From Candidatus Curtissbacteria bacterium (GTDB lineage: Bacteria; Patescibacteriota; Microgenomatia; Curtissbacterales; GWA2-41-24), in the NCBI GenBank assembly GCA_024654445.1, contig JANLHP010000017.1, forward strand, positions 210,524 to 268,154: a stretch of 57,631 nucleotides of DNA, written 5' to 3'. The stretch's first letter is position 1. Each line of letters starts with the position of its first letter. The notes beneath the pieces are model-generated. The model ran no database searches. It was not told the DNA's origin and was given only the letters and a program-made list of their open reading frames with translations. Positions 34,986 through 43,636 of this stretch are shown here, piece by piece. The translations under genes and the position numbers were made by a program.

Positions 34986-35165
34986 ATGAAGTTTCTTAAG
35001 GGATTTGTTTCTAGAAGCGGTGAGGCTGGGGAGTTGTTAGAGTTTCTGTGGAAAGCTAAGCTTTGGTTTTTGATTCCATTTGTAATCGTTCTTCTTGCGT
35101 TTGGTTTGCTCCTGGTCTTTGCTCAGGCTACTGGAGTCGCTCCATTTATCTACACATTGATTTAA
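34986..35165 (+). CDS. DUF5989 (SxtK-like) small membrane protein
   Basis: LLEFLWKAKLWFLIPFVIVLLAFGLLLVFAQATGVAPFIYTLI; start moved to MKFLKG. Confidence 0.65.
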   Translation: MKFLKGFVSRSGEAGELLEFLWKAKLWFLIPFVIVLLAFGLLLVFAQATGVAPFIYTLI

Positions 35166-35189
35166 AAAAAGAGTTTATTTCTAAGAAAA

Positions 35190-35534
35190 TTAGTGAGGTT
35201 TTATATATTGGAGGACTTGAGTAACGGGGGCTATCGCGTCTTGTCCACGAACGAAAGCTGATCCAGGTGTTTCTCTGTAAGTAACAGAGTCGAAGCCGCC
35301 ACCGGCGGTCAAGTTCACTTCTATCGGTTCATGACTGGAACATAGTATTTTCAGTTCGATGTGATCGGCATCTCCTTCGTGCTGATAGATCGCGTCCACA
35401 ATTGGTTCTCTGGTACCGTTAACAGGTCTGTTTACGGCTCCTGAATATCCATCGAAACCTAGGGCGGATTTGTAGCCTCTCATGAGGCTGGCTGCATTGG
35501 GGACAGAAGGTTGTCTTTCGTTTCGTTCTCGCAT
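35190..35534 (-). CDS. hypothetical protein
   Basis: ORF only. Confidence 0.45.
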   Translation of the reverse strand: MRERNERQPSVPNAASLMRGYKSALGFDGYSGAVNRPVNGTREPIVDAIYQHEGDADHIELKILCSSHEPIEVNLTAGGGFDSVTYRETPGSAFVRGQDAIAPVTQVLQYIKPH

Positions 35535-35563
35535 TTGAAATTTACACGGGCAGACTTGATAAT
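35535..35563 (+). promoter_or_regulatory. sigma-70-type promoter TTGAAA-17 nt-GATAAT; ATG of YfhO gene 6 nt downstream (leaderless candidate)
   Basis: hexamers and spacing read directly; no SD between -10 and ATG. Confidence 0.55.
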
Positions 35564-35569
35564 CTCTCT

Positions 35570-38053
35570 ATGATTAAGAAATATCCTTTGCGTATTTTCT
35601 TGCTCTTTACCGTTCTAACTCTGATTATATTTTGGCCCATATTAATGGGAAAAGTCAACCTGAACGGCAATCTTTTAGTTTCTTATTACCCGCCTTATAG
35701 TGAAAACCTGCCATTCAAGAACACTGGTTGGGATCAGCTGCGAATTTATTTTCCGTTTTACCAAGTCACTTTCGAACAATTTCGCAATTTTATTATTCCT
35801 TTGTGGAACCCATACGCGTTTTCGGGGCACCCTCATGCAGCTGATTTTCAAAGCGCCGTTTTTTACCCTTTAAATGTTTTTGGCTTGTTTTTGCCCCAGA
35901 TTGAGCTTTGGCATCTACTCAGGGTAACTCCGACGATTTTAGCCTCGTTTTTTATGTTTCTGTATCTGCGCAGCCTTAAGCTTGTTAAGATTGCCGCTAT
36001 TTTTGGAGCGTTAACTTTCGGTTTTAGCCCTTTTATTCTGACATGGGGAGAAGAAGTGGTGATGTCGCCTCATTCAATTTTGTGGCTGCCCCTAATCTTA
36101 CTTGCGATTGAACGATTCGATCTTCTTTCTTCCCGTCATCCTGAGCGAAGCGAAGGATCTCAAACTTCGACAATTAGAAACAGATTGCTTCGCTCAGCTC
36201 GCAACGACAAGAAATGGTATTTGCTGATAATTTCTCTTTCGACCGCGTTTAGCTTCCTTGCGGGCTACATGCAGACTTCTATTTATCTTTTTATTTTTGT
36301 CGCTTTTTACATACTTTTTAGGCTTGGTCTCAAGCCCCTATTCACGCGTGATGGGGCAAAACTTATTGGTGCTTTTGTGCTTGGGGCGATGCTTGCCGCT
36401 ATTCAGCTTGTTATTTCCGCGGAAATATTTGTAAATTCAGCGCGGTCTCAGATCGCCTTAACAGAGACACTTTTTGAGTTTTTGGTTCCTGTCGAGGGGC
36501 TCTTGACGTTTATCGCGCCTGATTTTTTCGGGCATCCGGCAACCTACAATATGTTTCGCGGAGGCTCCGCGCAATATTACGAAGCAATAATGTTTAGCGG
36601 TATCGCCGCTCTTCTTTTTGCCCTTTATTCGATTTACGCGAAATATAAAGACAAGCTTGTTCTTTTTCTGACGGTATTTGTTGTTGTTTCTCTATCGACG
36701 ACTTTAGATTTGCCGACATCGAGGCTATTTCTTTCTCTGCCGATTCCTTTCCTTTCGACTTCAATTGCCAACAGAATTCTTTTTATTGATGCATTTTGTA
36801 TCGCAACCCTGGGGGCTATTGGTCTTAATGAATGGCTGACGAAGGGGGGGGAGGGGATTTTGAGAGTGGTTGCTGCTTTGGCCGTAGTTTACATCTTTGT
36901 GATTGGGTATCTTTTGGCAGCAAAGCAATTTGGACTACCTTACTTTGAGAGGGGTGGGGCTCCAATCGGTCAAACCGTAAATATTAGCCTAAGAAATATG
37001 GTAATTCCGTTTGGAGTCTTCACAATTACGACATTTTTGGTCGTTTTTGCAACATTTTTTGCCAAATTCAAGAAAAATGTTGCCATTTTGATCATTTTTA
37101 TTGCATTTTTGCACATTTTTTACTTTTCTTGGAAGTATTTTTCGTTTAGTGATAGAAAATACGTCTTTCCAACAAGTCCGGAGTTGAGTTTTATCAGAGA
37201 TCATCAGGAGAATTTCAGGTCGTGGGGAATAGGGGACGCTTTTTTTGAAGTGAATTTTGCGAGTCAATACGGTCTTTACTGGCCAGAAGGGTATGACTCT
37301 CTCAACAACAAGAGCTATGGAGAGTTTACGTACGCGATGCAGGGGCAAGACCTTAGCTCGTTCACATTTCGGGCGGATGCGAGCTTGGGGCGGAGTGACA
37401 CCGCGACTATTCTGGGTAGCGAGGCGAGAAGAAGACTGGTTGACATGGTAGGTGTCAAATACGTTATCGGGAAAAACAGTGAAAGTGAGCTAATTACCAA
37501 AAACAACTTCAAGAAAGTTTTTGAAGGGAATAAGTATTCAGTTTTCGAGAATTTACAAGTTGTACCGAGGGTGATGCTTGCCTCTAATTATGAGGGACCG
37601 CCTGATTTTAAGGATGATTCCCTGAGTGATTCCGAAGTTAAAAAGATACGACGAAGCAGGATCTTTGAAAAACTGACGAGGAAAGATTTTGACTTCCGAA
37701 ACACTGTGATTTTGGAAGAACCTTCTCCTATCAGTCCGCAGTTTGGGGAGGGAAGTGCGCAAATAACTAGGTATGAACCTTCTGAAGTTGTGGTTAAAAC
37801 AAGATCCGAACAGCCGAAATTGTTGGTTTTAAGCGACAATTATTTTCCCGGGTGGAAGGCGACGGTTGATGGGGATGAGGTCAAGATTTTGCGGGCTAAT
37901 TACACATTTCGCGCTGTTCCTCTAACTCCTGGCGAGCACAGCGTGAGGTTTGTTTACGATCCGCTGTCATTTAAGTTGGGTGTGATTGTTTCTGCGGTGA
38001 GCCTAGGGGCACTAGTTGTCTTCTTTATGAGGCCACGTTTTAAATTGACCTAA
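35570..38053 (+). CDS. YfhO-family polytopic membrane (glycosyl)transferase, carrying an in-frame repeat insertion
   Basis: many TM helices, N-terminal …YYPPYSENLPF…WNPYAFSGHPH…, C-terminal …LVLSDNYFPGWKATVDG…. Confidence 0.75.
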   Translation: MIKKYPLRIFLLFTVLTLIIFWPILMGKVNLNGNLLVSYYPPYSENLPFKNTGWDQLRIYFPFYQVTFEQFRNFIIPLWNPYAFSGHPHAADFQSAVFYPLNVFGLFLPQIELWHLLRVTPTILASFFMFLYLRSLKLVKIAAIFGALTFGFSPFILTWGEEVVMSPHSILWLPLILLAIERFDLLSSRHPERSEGSQTSTIRNRLLRSARNDKKWYLLIISLSTAFSFLAGYMQTSIYLFIFVAFYILFRLGLKPLFTRDGAKLIGAFVLGAMLAAIQLVISAEIFVNSARSQIALTETLFEFLVPVEGLLTFIAPDFFGHPATYNMFRGGSAQYYEAIMFSGIAALLFALYSIYAKYKDKLVLFLTVFVVVSLSTTLDLPTSRLFLSLPIPFLSTSIANRILFIDAFCIATLGAIGLNEWLTKGGEGILRVVAALAVVYIFVIGYLLAAKQFGLPYFERGGAPIGQTVNISLRNMVIPFGVFTITTFLVVFATFFAKFKKNVAILIIFIAFLHIFYFSWKYFSFSDRKYVFPTSPELSFIRDHQENFRSWGIGDAFFEVNFASQYGLYWPEGYDSLNNKSYGEFTYAMQGQDLSSFTFRADASLGRSDTATILGSEARRRLVDMVGVKYVIGKNSESELITKNNFKKVFEGNKYSVFENLQVVPRVMLASNYEGPPDFKDDSLSDSEVKKIRRSRIFEKLTRKDFDFRNTVILEEPSPISPQFGEGSAQITRYEPSEVVVKTRSEQPKLLVLSDNYFPGWKATVDGDEVKILRANYTFRAVPLTPGEHSVRFVYDPLSFKLGVIVSAVSLGALVVFFMRPRFKLT
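36135..36210. repeat. GTCATYCTG-family element inserted in frame in the YfhO CDS
   Basis: GTCATCCTGAGCGAAGCGAAGGATCTC…GCTTCGCTCAGCTCGCAACGAC; translated as RHPERSEGSQTSTIRNRLLRSARNDK. Confidence 0.75.
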
Positions 38054-38144
38054 TTTTTCTAATTTCTAATTAATCTAAACAATCCCCAATTATAAAAGTC
38101 CTAAGTGTATTTATTAGAAATTAGGTAATTAGAAATTTTCAGGA

Positions 38145-39452
38145 TTATTTTAAAGCGAAATCGATTGATGGGTTGATTTGGTTTTCTTTAAGAAACTCCT
38201 GGTTGATTGTAACGGTTGGTAAGTAGTTTTGCGCGATAAAAGCGGAAAGTAAATTGCCAGTTCGTTTATGTCCAGGAACATTAAAATGTCCATCTCTTTC
38301 AAAATAATAATCTTGAGAATTTTTAACGGCCATGAATTTTAGAAAGTCCAAATTAGCGATTTTCTTATCGTTGAGAAAGTCCCGAAACTCCCTTTGAGGC
38401 TGCTCTTCTTCCAGCTTGTAACCATCTTCAATCTGTCTTCCGATCGACTTTGCTTGTTGCGGGTCAGTTAGGATGGTAACTATAAACGCGCTTTGATTTT
38501 GTGTAACCAGGTCGTTAATTCCGGCGATTAAGGTTTTGGATTTTTCAATTCCTTGTAAAATTTCAGCGACACACGAAGTATTTGTCGCAGTAATATTTGA
38601 AAGACAAGGAACCGCTTCTTCTTGAGAGATCGACTTTGGAGGATTTTCTTGAAACCCGAGTGATTTTTTAATTTTTTTAACTGTATTTGGAGAGCCTTTT
38701 TCCATTGCAGACATTAAAAGGATTCCGAGGTGGGTATTTCTGACAACAGGAATTTCGTATATCCAGTTTTTCTGGTAAATATTTACGATGTAACCGTCTT
38801 CTGTTGACTGAAACTTGGATGTGATTTTATGCGGCAAGCCTCTTTCGTCTACCTCATCCCAGTTCATTTCCAGTAGATCGGTGACGTCGTTGTAAGGGAA
38901 GAGGTTGAGAACAACAAGGTCGGGTTTATACTTTAGACCCATTTCATTTAAGAAAACGTAATAGCTATCTAGGGTTTTACCGCCAGTAAAACCCGCGTTG
39001 ATGACTTCGAAGTTTGTATCAAGATTTGATTCTTTCGACCAGGTATTAAGGTTGTTTTCAAGAACTTTGGCGAAAGTTTCTTCTTCGTTTACTCCCCAGC
39101 CAAAGGTCATTGAATCTCCAAGCAAGAGAATCCTGTAAGTATTTTGAGGCTTTTCCAAAGATATTTCACGGCCACGAATTCCTTGTGAGTTTGTATCTAC
39201 TTTATGTCTAAATTCCAGAGTGTATGCGATATGGTCGTAGTCTTTAACATCTTTTTGAAGCGTAATTGGGAGGGTTTCTGTACTATCGAAAATATTCATT
39301 CCTCGAAGTCTGGCAAAGTTGTAAGTGTTTTGAGGAAGAGTGTGACGGACTATATATTCGCCGACAAGAATCGAAAAAGTAAACGTGAGCAGTGAGATTA
39401 CGAGGCCGATGATGGTCGCGTGCTTGATTAAGGTCTTAGATTTTTCCTGCAT
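38145..39452 (-). CDS. SGNH/GDSL-like hydrolase with N-terminal membrane anchor
   Basis: block I RILLLGDSMTFGWGV; N-terminal TM. Confidence 0.6.
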   Translation of the reverse strand: MQEKSKTLIKHATIIGLVISLLTFTFSILVGEYIVRHTLPQNTYNFARLRGMNIFDSTETLPITLQKDVKDYDHIAYTLEFRHKVDTNSQGIRGREISLEKPQNTYRILLLGDSMTFGWGVNEEETFAKVLENNLNTWSKESNLDTNFEVINAGFTGGKTLDSYYVFLNEMGLKYKPDLVVLNLFPYNDVTDLLEMNWDEVDERGLPHKITSKFQSTEDGYIVNIYQKNWIYEIPVVRNTHLGILLMSAMEKGSPNTVKKIKKSLGFQENPPKSISQEEAVPCLSNITATNTSCVAEILQGIEKSKTLIAGINDLVTQNQSAFIVTILTDPQQAKSIGRQIEDGYKLEEEQPQREFRDFLNDKKIANLDFLKFMAVKNSQDYYFERDGHFNVPGHKRTGNLLSAFIAQNYLPTVTINQEFLKENQINPSIDFALK

Positions 39453-39466
39453 TTATTGGAGCGATA

Positions 39467-40222
39467 CTATTTGAGGGCGAAATCGACTGCTAGATTGATC
39501 GTAACTTCGTTCTGACCGGGTTGGATCTGGCTTGCTTTCTGCATGAGATCTGCTTCGCTTCTTGCCATCATCGGAACAGGGTATCCAAAATCACCTTGCT
39601 CTTGAATCTTTACAGCTTTGCCGAGTTTTCTTCCGGAAAGTTTCGCGAGTTCTTCGGCTTTACTCTTTGCTTCTTCTACCGCGTCTTCTCTGGCCTTACT
39701 CCTTGCTTGTTCCATGGTTTCATCGTCGATCGTTAGGTTCGGGCCGTAAAGGTTGGTTGCTCCATTTTGAGTGAGTGCTGCAAGTACCTCGTCCGATTTA
39801 TCAAAGTTTCGCACTGTGATTTCTAAAGTAGTCGAAACTTGATTAGTATTTGGTCGGGGAGGCGCGGGATAAATCATGGGTGCGGGTTCCGTGCCGCCTA
39901 CGGAAGTTTCATAGCCTGGCCCGCCGGAGAGGTTTTGAGTCTTGATATCTTTTTCCTCAACGCCTAGCTGTTTAATTGCCGAAACGAGATTTGATACTTT
40001 CTGGCTATTTTCTTCTCGAGCTTTGTCTAAGTTATCGTTTGTAGTCTCGATAGTTGCGGAGACTTTGGCGACATTTGGAGTTGCTTGAGTTCTACCCTCA
40101 GCGGTTACTGAAATTGTTTCTTGGGTTTTCGCTTCCCAGGGTCTTAGCCAAAAAGCGGCGAGAGTAAGAATTACAATTACTATTGGCCAAATAAGTGCTG
40201 TGTATCCTGGCTTATTTCTCAT
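39467..40222 (-). CDS. SIMPL (DUF541) domain protein
   Basis: …VSATIETTNDNLDKAREENSQKVSNLVSAIKQLGVEEKDIKTQNLS… and C-terminal …IQPGQNEVTINLAVDFAL. Confidence 0.7.
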   Translation of the reverse strand: MRNKPGYTALIWPIVIVILTLAAFWLRPWEAKTQETISVTAEGRTQATPNVAKVSATIETTNDNLDKAREENSQKVSNLVSAIKQLGVEEKDIKTQNLSGGPGYETSVGGTEPAPMIYPAPPRPNTNQVSTTLEITVRNFDKSDEVLAALTQNGATNLYGPNLTIDDETMEQARSKAREDAVEEAKSKAEELAKLSGRKLGKAVKIQEQGDFGYPVPMMARSEADLMQKASQIQPGQNEVTINLAVDFALK

Positions 40223-40259
40223 ACGGGTGAGTTAAGAGTAGCGTGAAGGCTGTTTTTTG

Positions 40260-40675
40260 TCAATTTGAGCCAATTGGGTTTTTTGAGCCTTCCAGAATAA
40301 CTTTTTTAAGGACATCAAGGTCGATATCCTCCGTCTTTTTAAACCTGATACAGCTTTTGCCAATGCTTGCCTTTGGGAGATCGTCTTTATGAGCTTCGGC
40401 GACGTATTTTCCATCTTTTACACCGCAAACGTAGACGGAAATGTAGTTTTTTTGGCTAGCCAGAGCAATAGTTGCCCACTCTCCTTCGCGACCACTTGCA
40501 TACTTGTAGTGGTATTTTCCGTAACCAATCATGCCCGTTTCGATGTATGGTTTGAGCTTTGGAACTGTTTTTTTAATTAGTGCGTGGAGTTTTTTAATCT
40601 CGGATTTCTCGGCTCTTCGATGAGGTCGATATATTCTTCCGGAGTCTTAGCAGGAGTAGTTTTAAACATGTTCAT
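40260..40675 (-). pseudogene. DUF1801 (YdhG-like) gene split by a 1-nt frameshift
   Basis: 5' piece MNMFKTTPAKTPEEYIDLIEEPRNPRLKNSTH* (40675-40577) and 3' ORF MIGYGKYHYKYASGREGEW…; 3' frame extends upstream as …AEKSEIKKLHALIKKTVPKLKPYIETG without a start. Confidence 0.6.
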
Positions 40676-40706
40676 AGTTGAGATTATATCAGGGCTGTGA
40701 TTTAAA

Positions 40707-41237
40707 TTGAGTAAGATGAACTTTTTGGCGATTCTTGTTATTGTTCTTAAATTTATTGTCCCTGCATTAATTCTAAAATTTCCGTTTCAAGCTTCGTGGG
40801 CTAACTATTTCCTGGACGTTGTAGACGGAGATATTCTACAAGCTATGGGAATGAACGAGGCTTTATATCAGAACGTTGATAAGGTGGCGGATTACGTTTC
40901 TTATATTTTCATGTTGATTGTTGGACTTAGATGGAGGATTAAAGGGTTAATTGTCGCCCTTTTTGCTTACAGGACGGTTGGGCAAATTTTATTTTTTGCA
41001 ACAGGGAATGAAATGATGTTTTTCTACTTTCAAAACTTTCTGGAGCCTCTTTTTATGGCGTATTCACTGTTGATTTTTAAGAGGGGATCAGAAGAAAAGG
41101 CTTATAAATCGTACAGAAAGCACATTATTTTAATCTGGGTGATTGTCATTGGATACAAGCTTTGGAACGAGTGGTATCTGCACTTTGCAAACATAGACCT
41201 GTCGACGATATTTTTCGGGTTTAACGGAGGCAGTTAG
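40707..41237 (+). CDS. hypothetical polytopic membrane protein
   Basis: ORF, 5 hydrophobic helices. Confidence 0.6.
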   Translation: MSKMNFLAILVIVLKFIVPALILKFPFQASWANYFLDVVDGDILQAMGMNEALYQNVDKVADYVSYIFMLIVGLRWRIKGLIVALFAYRTVGQILFFATGNEMMFFYFQNFLEPLFMAYSLLIFKRGSEEKAYKSYRKHIILIWVIVIGYKLWNEWYLHFANIDLSTIFFGFNGGS

Positions 41238-41620
41238 GTAGAGAGACGACCGCGGATTCTTTGAAAAACGTTGGGTTTTGAGAAAGATGATTGGATGAAA
41301 GGAGCGGGTTTTCCAGCTTTAAATCTGGAATTTTCTGTTTCCAATTCGTCTATTTTCGCATGAAGTTTGTTTATTTCTTCTTCGCGGCTTCTGATCCTCC
41401 TATTTTTACCGAAGATTGTTAGAGAATCTGTAATGGACCGCGCCAAATAAACTATCGAAGAAATTCCGACTCCAATTAGAATTGACGCGATTGTGATGAC
41501 ATAAAGCGGGACGTTGGTGAACGTGTACCCAAAAACGCGCAGCGTGATCGGCGCCGTATTCTGGAGCGCGAAAAACGAGAAAACTAATGCAACTAGCAAC
41601 GTAAAAATTAAACTTATCAT
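41234..41620 (-). CDS. LapA-domain (DUF1049) membrane protein
   Basis: MISLIFTLLVALVFSFFALQNTAPITLRVFGYTFTNVPLYVITIASILIG + coiled C-terminus. Confidence 0.65.
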   Translation of the reverse strand: MISLIFTLLVALVFSFFALQNTAPITLRVFGYTFTNVPLYVITIASILIGVGISSIVYLARSITDSLTIFGKNRRIRSREEEINKLHAKIDELETENSRFKAGKPAPFIQSSFSKPNVFQRIRGRLST

Positions 41621-41694
41621 TCTAGATTAGAGGTTAATTGGAAAATGAAGGAATAAGAGGGGAATTTGGTAATAACATTGTAAGATGTTTTTGG

Positions 41695-42285
41695 TTAAAG
41701 TTTTTCTTTTTCCAGCATATGTTCACGGAAGACCTTTTTCTCTTCGTCTGCTGAAGGGAGGAGCGATTGGAGCACGTGGTGATATTTTCTCGGATTATGG
41801 ATTAGATAAAGCGATACCTCTTTTCCCAGAGCCCAGTTATAAAGTTTTAGAGAACCGTAATTTAAGATTCTGCCGATAACATCTTGCTCTATTCGGAGTG
41901 AACCTAGATGTTCTAATTTATACTTTTCTTCTCTCCTGAAAATTAACCCCTTTTTATGAATTATTTCTTTGGAAGTAATTTCGTAATATTCGTTTAACCA
42001 TTGGATGATGATAAAGATCATGATGAATGTTTTTACTAGAACCAGAAGTATGAAGAGAGGGATATTAAAGATAATTAAGTCAGGACTAATCGCGTTTTTT
42101 ACGGTTGGTGAAAGAATAAAATTGTGGAATATAATTATTCCTATCGCCGCGATTATTTCGAGGGCGAGGAGTCTTAAGACAAGGAAAGTAATACTTTCCC
42201 GGATTGTCAGGTGAGAGACTACAATTTGTTCTTCCTTACCGTTTTTGTTGAGTCCTAGGAGTTTTTTGTTTGCAATGCCAGGCAT
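41695..42285 (-). CDS. membrane protein with bacterial PH domain
   Basis: two TM helices then …EYYEITSKEIIHKKGLIFRREEKYKLEHLGSLRIEQDVIGRILNYGSL. Confidence 0.6.
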   Translation of the reverse strand: MPGIANKKLLGLNKNGKEEQIVVSHLTIRESITFLVLRLLALEIIAAIGIIIFHNFILSPTVKNAISPDLIIFNIPLFILLVLVKTFIMIFIIIQWLNEYYEITSKEIIHKKGLIFRREEKYKLEHLGSLRIEQDVIGRILNYGSLKLYNWALGKEVSLYLIHNPRKYHHVLQSLLPSADEEKKVFREHMLEKEKL

Positions 42286-42680
42286 TATTCAGTGGTTTTG
42301 CCGTCGAAATGTTCTTCGCTTGCTTCTGTTTCGGCTTTGGTGTGGTGGACGGTGCCGTCTTTGTGGTTTGGAGGAGAATAGACGGTATATAGTTTGAGGT
42401 CCTCGGTTTGTGAAGTGTTAACAACGTTATGTTTTGTTCCTTGGGGCACAATGATTGCGGAACCATCCTTGATGGGTGTTTCTTGGCCGTTTAAAATCGT
42501 TTTTCCTTTGCCTTTTTCAATCCTCAAAAATTGATCGAGATCATGAACTTCTTCTCCGATTGCCTCTCCAGGCTTAAGGCTCATTACCACGAGTTGAGAA
42601 TTTTTCGCGGTATACAGAACTCGGCGGAAGTCGTTATTCTCTAAAGTCGTTTTTTCGATGTTTGTGACAAGGCCTTTCAT
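42285..42680 (-). CDS. cupin-domain protein
   Basis: GEAIGEEVHDLDQFLRIEKGKGKTILNG…GSAIIVPQGTKHNVVN. Confidence 0.8.
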   Translation of the reverse strand: MKGLVTNIEKTTLENNDFRRVLYTAKNSQLVVMSLKPGEAIGEEVHDLDQFLRIEKGKGKTILNGQETPIKDGSAIIVPQGTKHNVVNTSQTEDLKLYTVYSPPNHKDGTVHHTKAETEASEEHFDGKTTE

Positions 42681-42707
42681 GTGAATAATAATAGCACGGG
42701 GGAAAAG

Positions 42708-43157
42708 TTACTTGTCGACTTTTTGCTCGACTTCCTGGGGAGTTGTGGGCTTAACGAGCTGCATAAGTTCGACTAAACCGTAGGCGATTAATGCGTAGAC
42801 AAGCATCGCGACGATTGTCGTCCATTCGAAAACAGAGCCTTCGGTGACAGTTACACGGAATAGAGTTCTGAAAGGAGAGGTCAATGGGTCGCTGAGAGTG
42901 TAGACAAGGTCTGCGAATCCGCTTGCGGGGTTTGCGCCTAGTGCTTTTAAGGTAAATCTCAGGGCGAGCAAGACTTCGACAACACCAAAAACGTACCAGA
43001 TTATCTGATAAGTTCTAAAAATGGCTTTTTTCTTTTGATAAACGCTTTGCGGGTGTTCTGCAGTAACCGGGGGAGTTGTGGTTGTAGTTGTTTTAACTTC
43101 TCTTTCAACCGTAGCCATGTCTAAGTTCACTATAGCAAAGGTGGAACTCAATGCCAA
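42708..43157 (-). CDS. YggT-family membrane protein
   Basis: …VVEVLLALRFTLKALGANPASGFADLVYTLSDPLTSPFR…. Confidence 0.6.
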   Translation of the reverse strand: MALSSTFAIVNLDMATVEREVKTTTTTTPPVTAEHPQSVYQKKKAIFRTYQIIWYVFGVVEVLLALRFTLKALGANPASGFADLVYTLSDPLTSPFRTLFRVTVTEGSVFEWTTIVAMLVYALIAYGLVELMQLVKPTTPQEVEQKVDK

Positions 43158-43210
43158 GGGTGTTGACGAGTAGGAAATGAGAAGCTATACTAAATGCAAG
43201 TTACTTGCAT

Positions 43211-43636
43211 ATGATACAGATTAAACACGATTGTCGGGAGGAACTAAGAGAAGCAGATCTTAAGGCTACTCCCGCACGCTTGGGTATTCTTCAGGCGCTT
43301 GAGCACACAAGCAAACCGCTGGATGTCAATTCCCTCATTAGTTATCTCAAACGACACAACATAAAAGCAGACGATGTGACCGTTTTCCGCATTATGCATA
43401 TGCTTTCTGATCGTGGCCTTGTGACGCCCCTTCAACTTGGAGAGGGTAAATTTCGTTATGAGCATAGCGGAAGAGAAGACCACCACCATTTTATTTGCGA
43501 AAGCTGCGGATCGATAGAGGACGTTTCGGACTGCAATATCAATGTTATAGAAAAAGAAATTCAGAAAAAGAAAGGGTTTTTGGTCAAAAGACACAGCCTG
43601 GAATTTTTTGGAATCTGTAAATCATGTCGACACTAA
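43211..43636 (+). CDS. Fur-family metalloregulator (Zur-like by context)
   Basis: …TPARLGILQAL…HHHHFICESCGSIEDV…C…FGICKSC; overlaps ZIP transporter start. Confidence 0.85.
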   Translation: MIQIKHDCREELREADLKATPARLGILQALEHTSKPLDVNSLISYLKRHNIKADDVTVFRIMHMLSDRGLVTPLQLGEGKFRYEHSGREDHHHFICESCGSIEDVSDCNINVIEKEIQKKKGFLVKRHSLEFFGICKSCRH

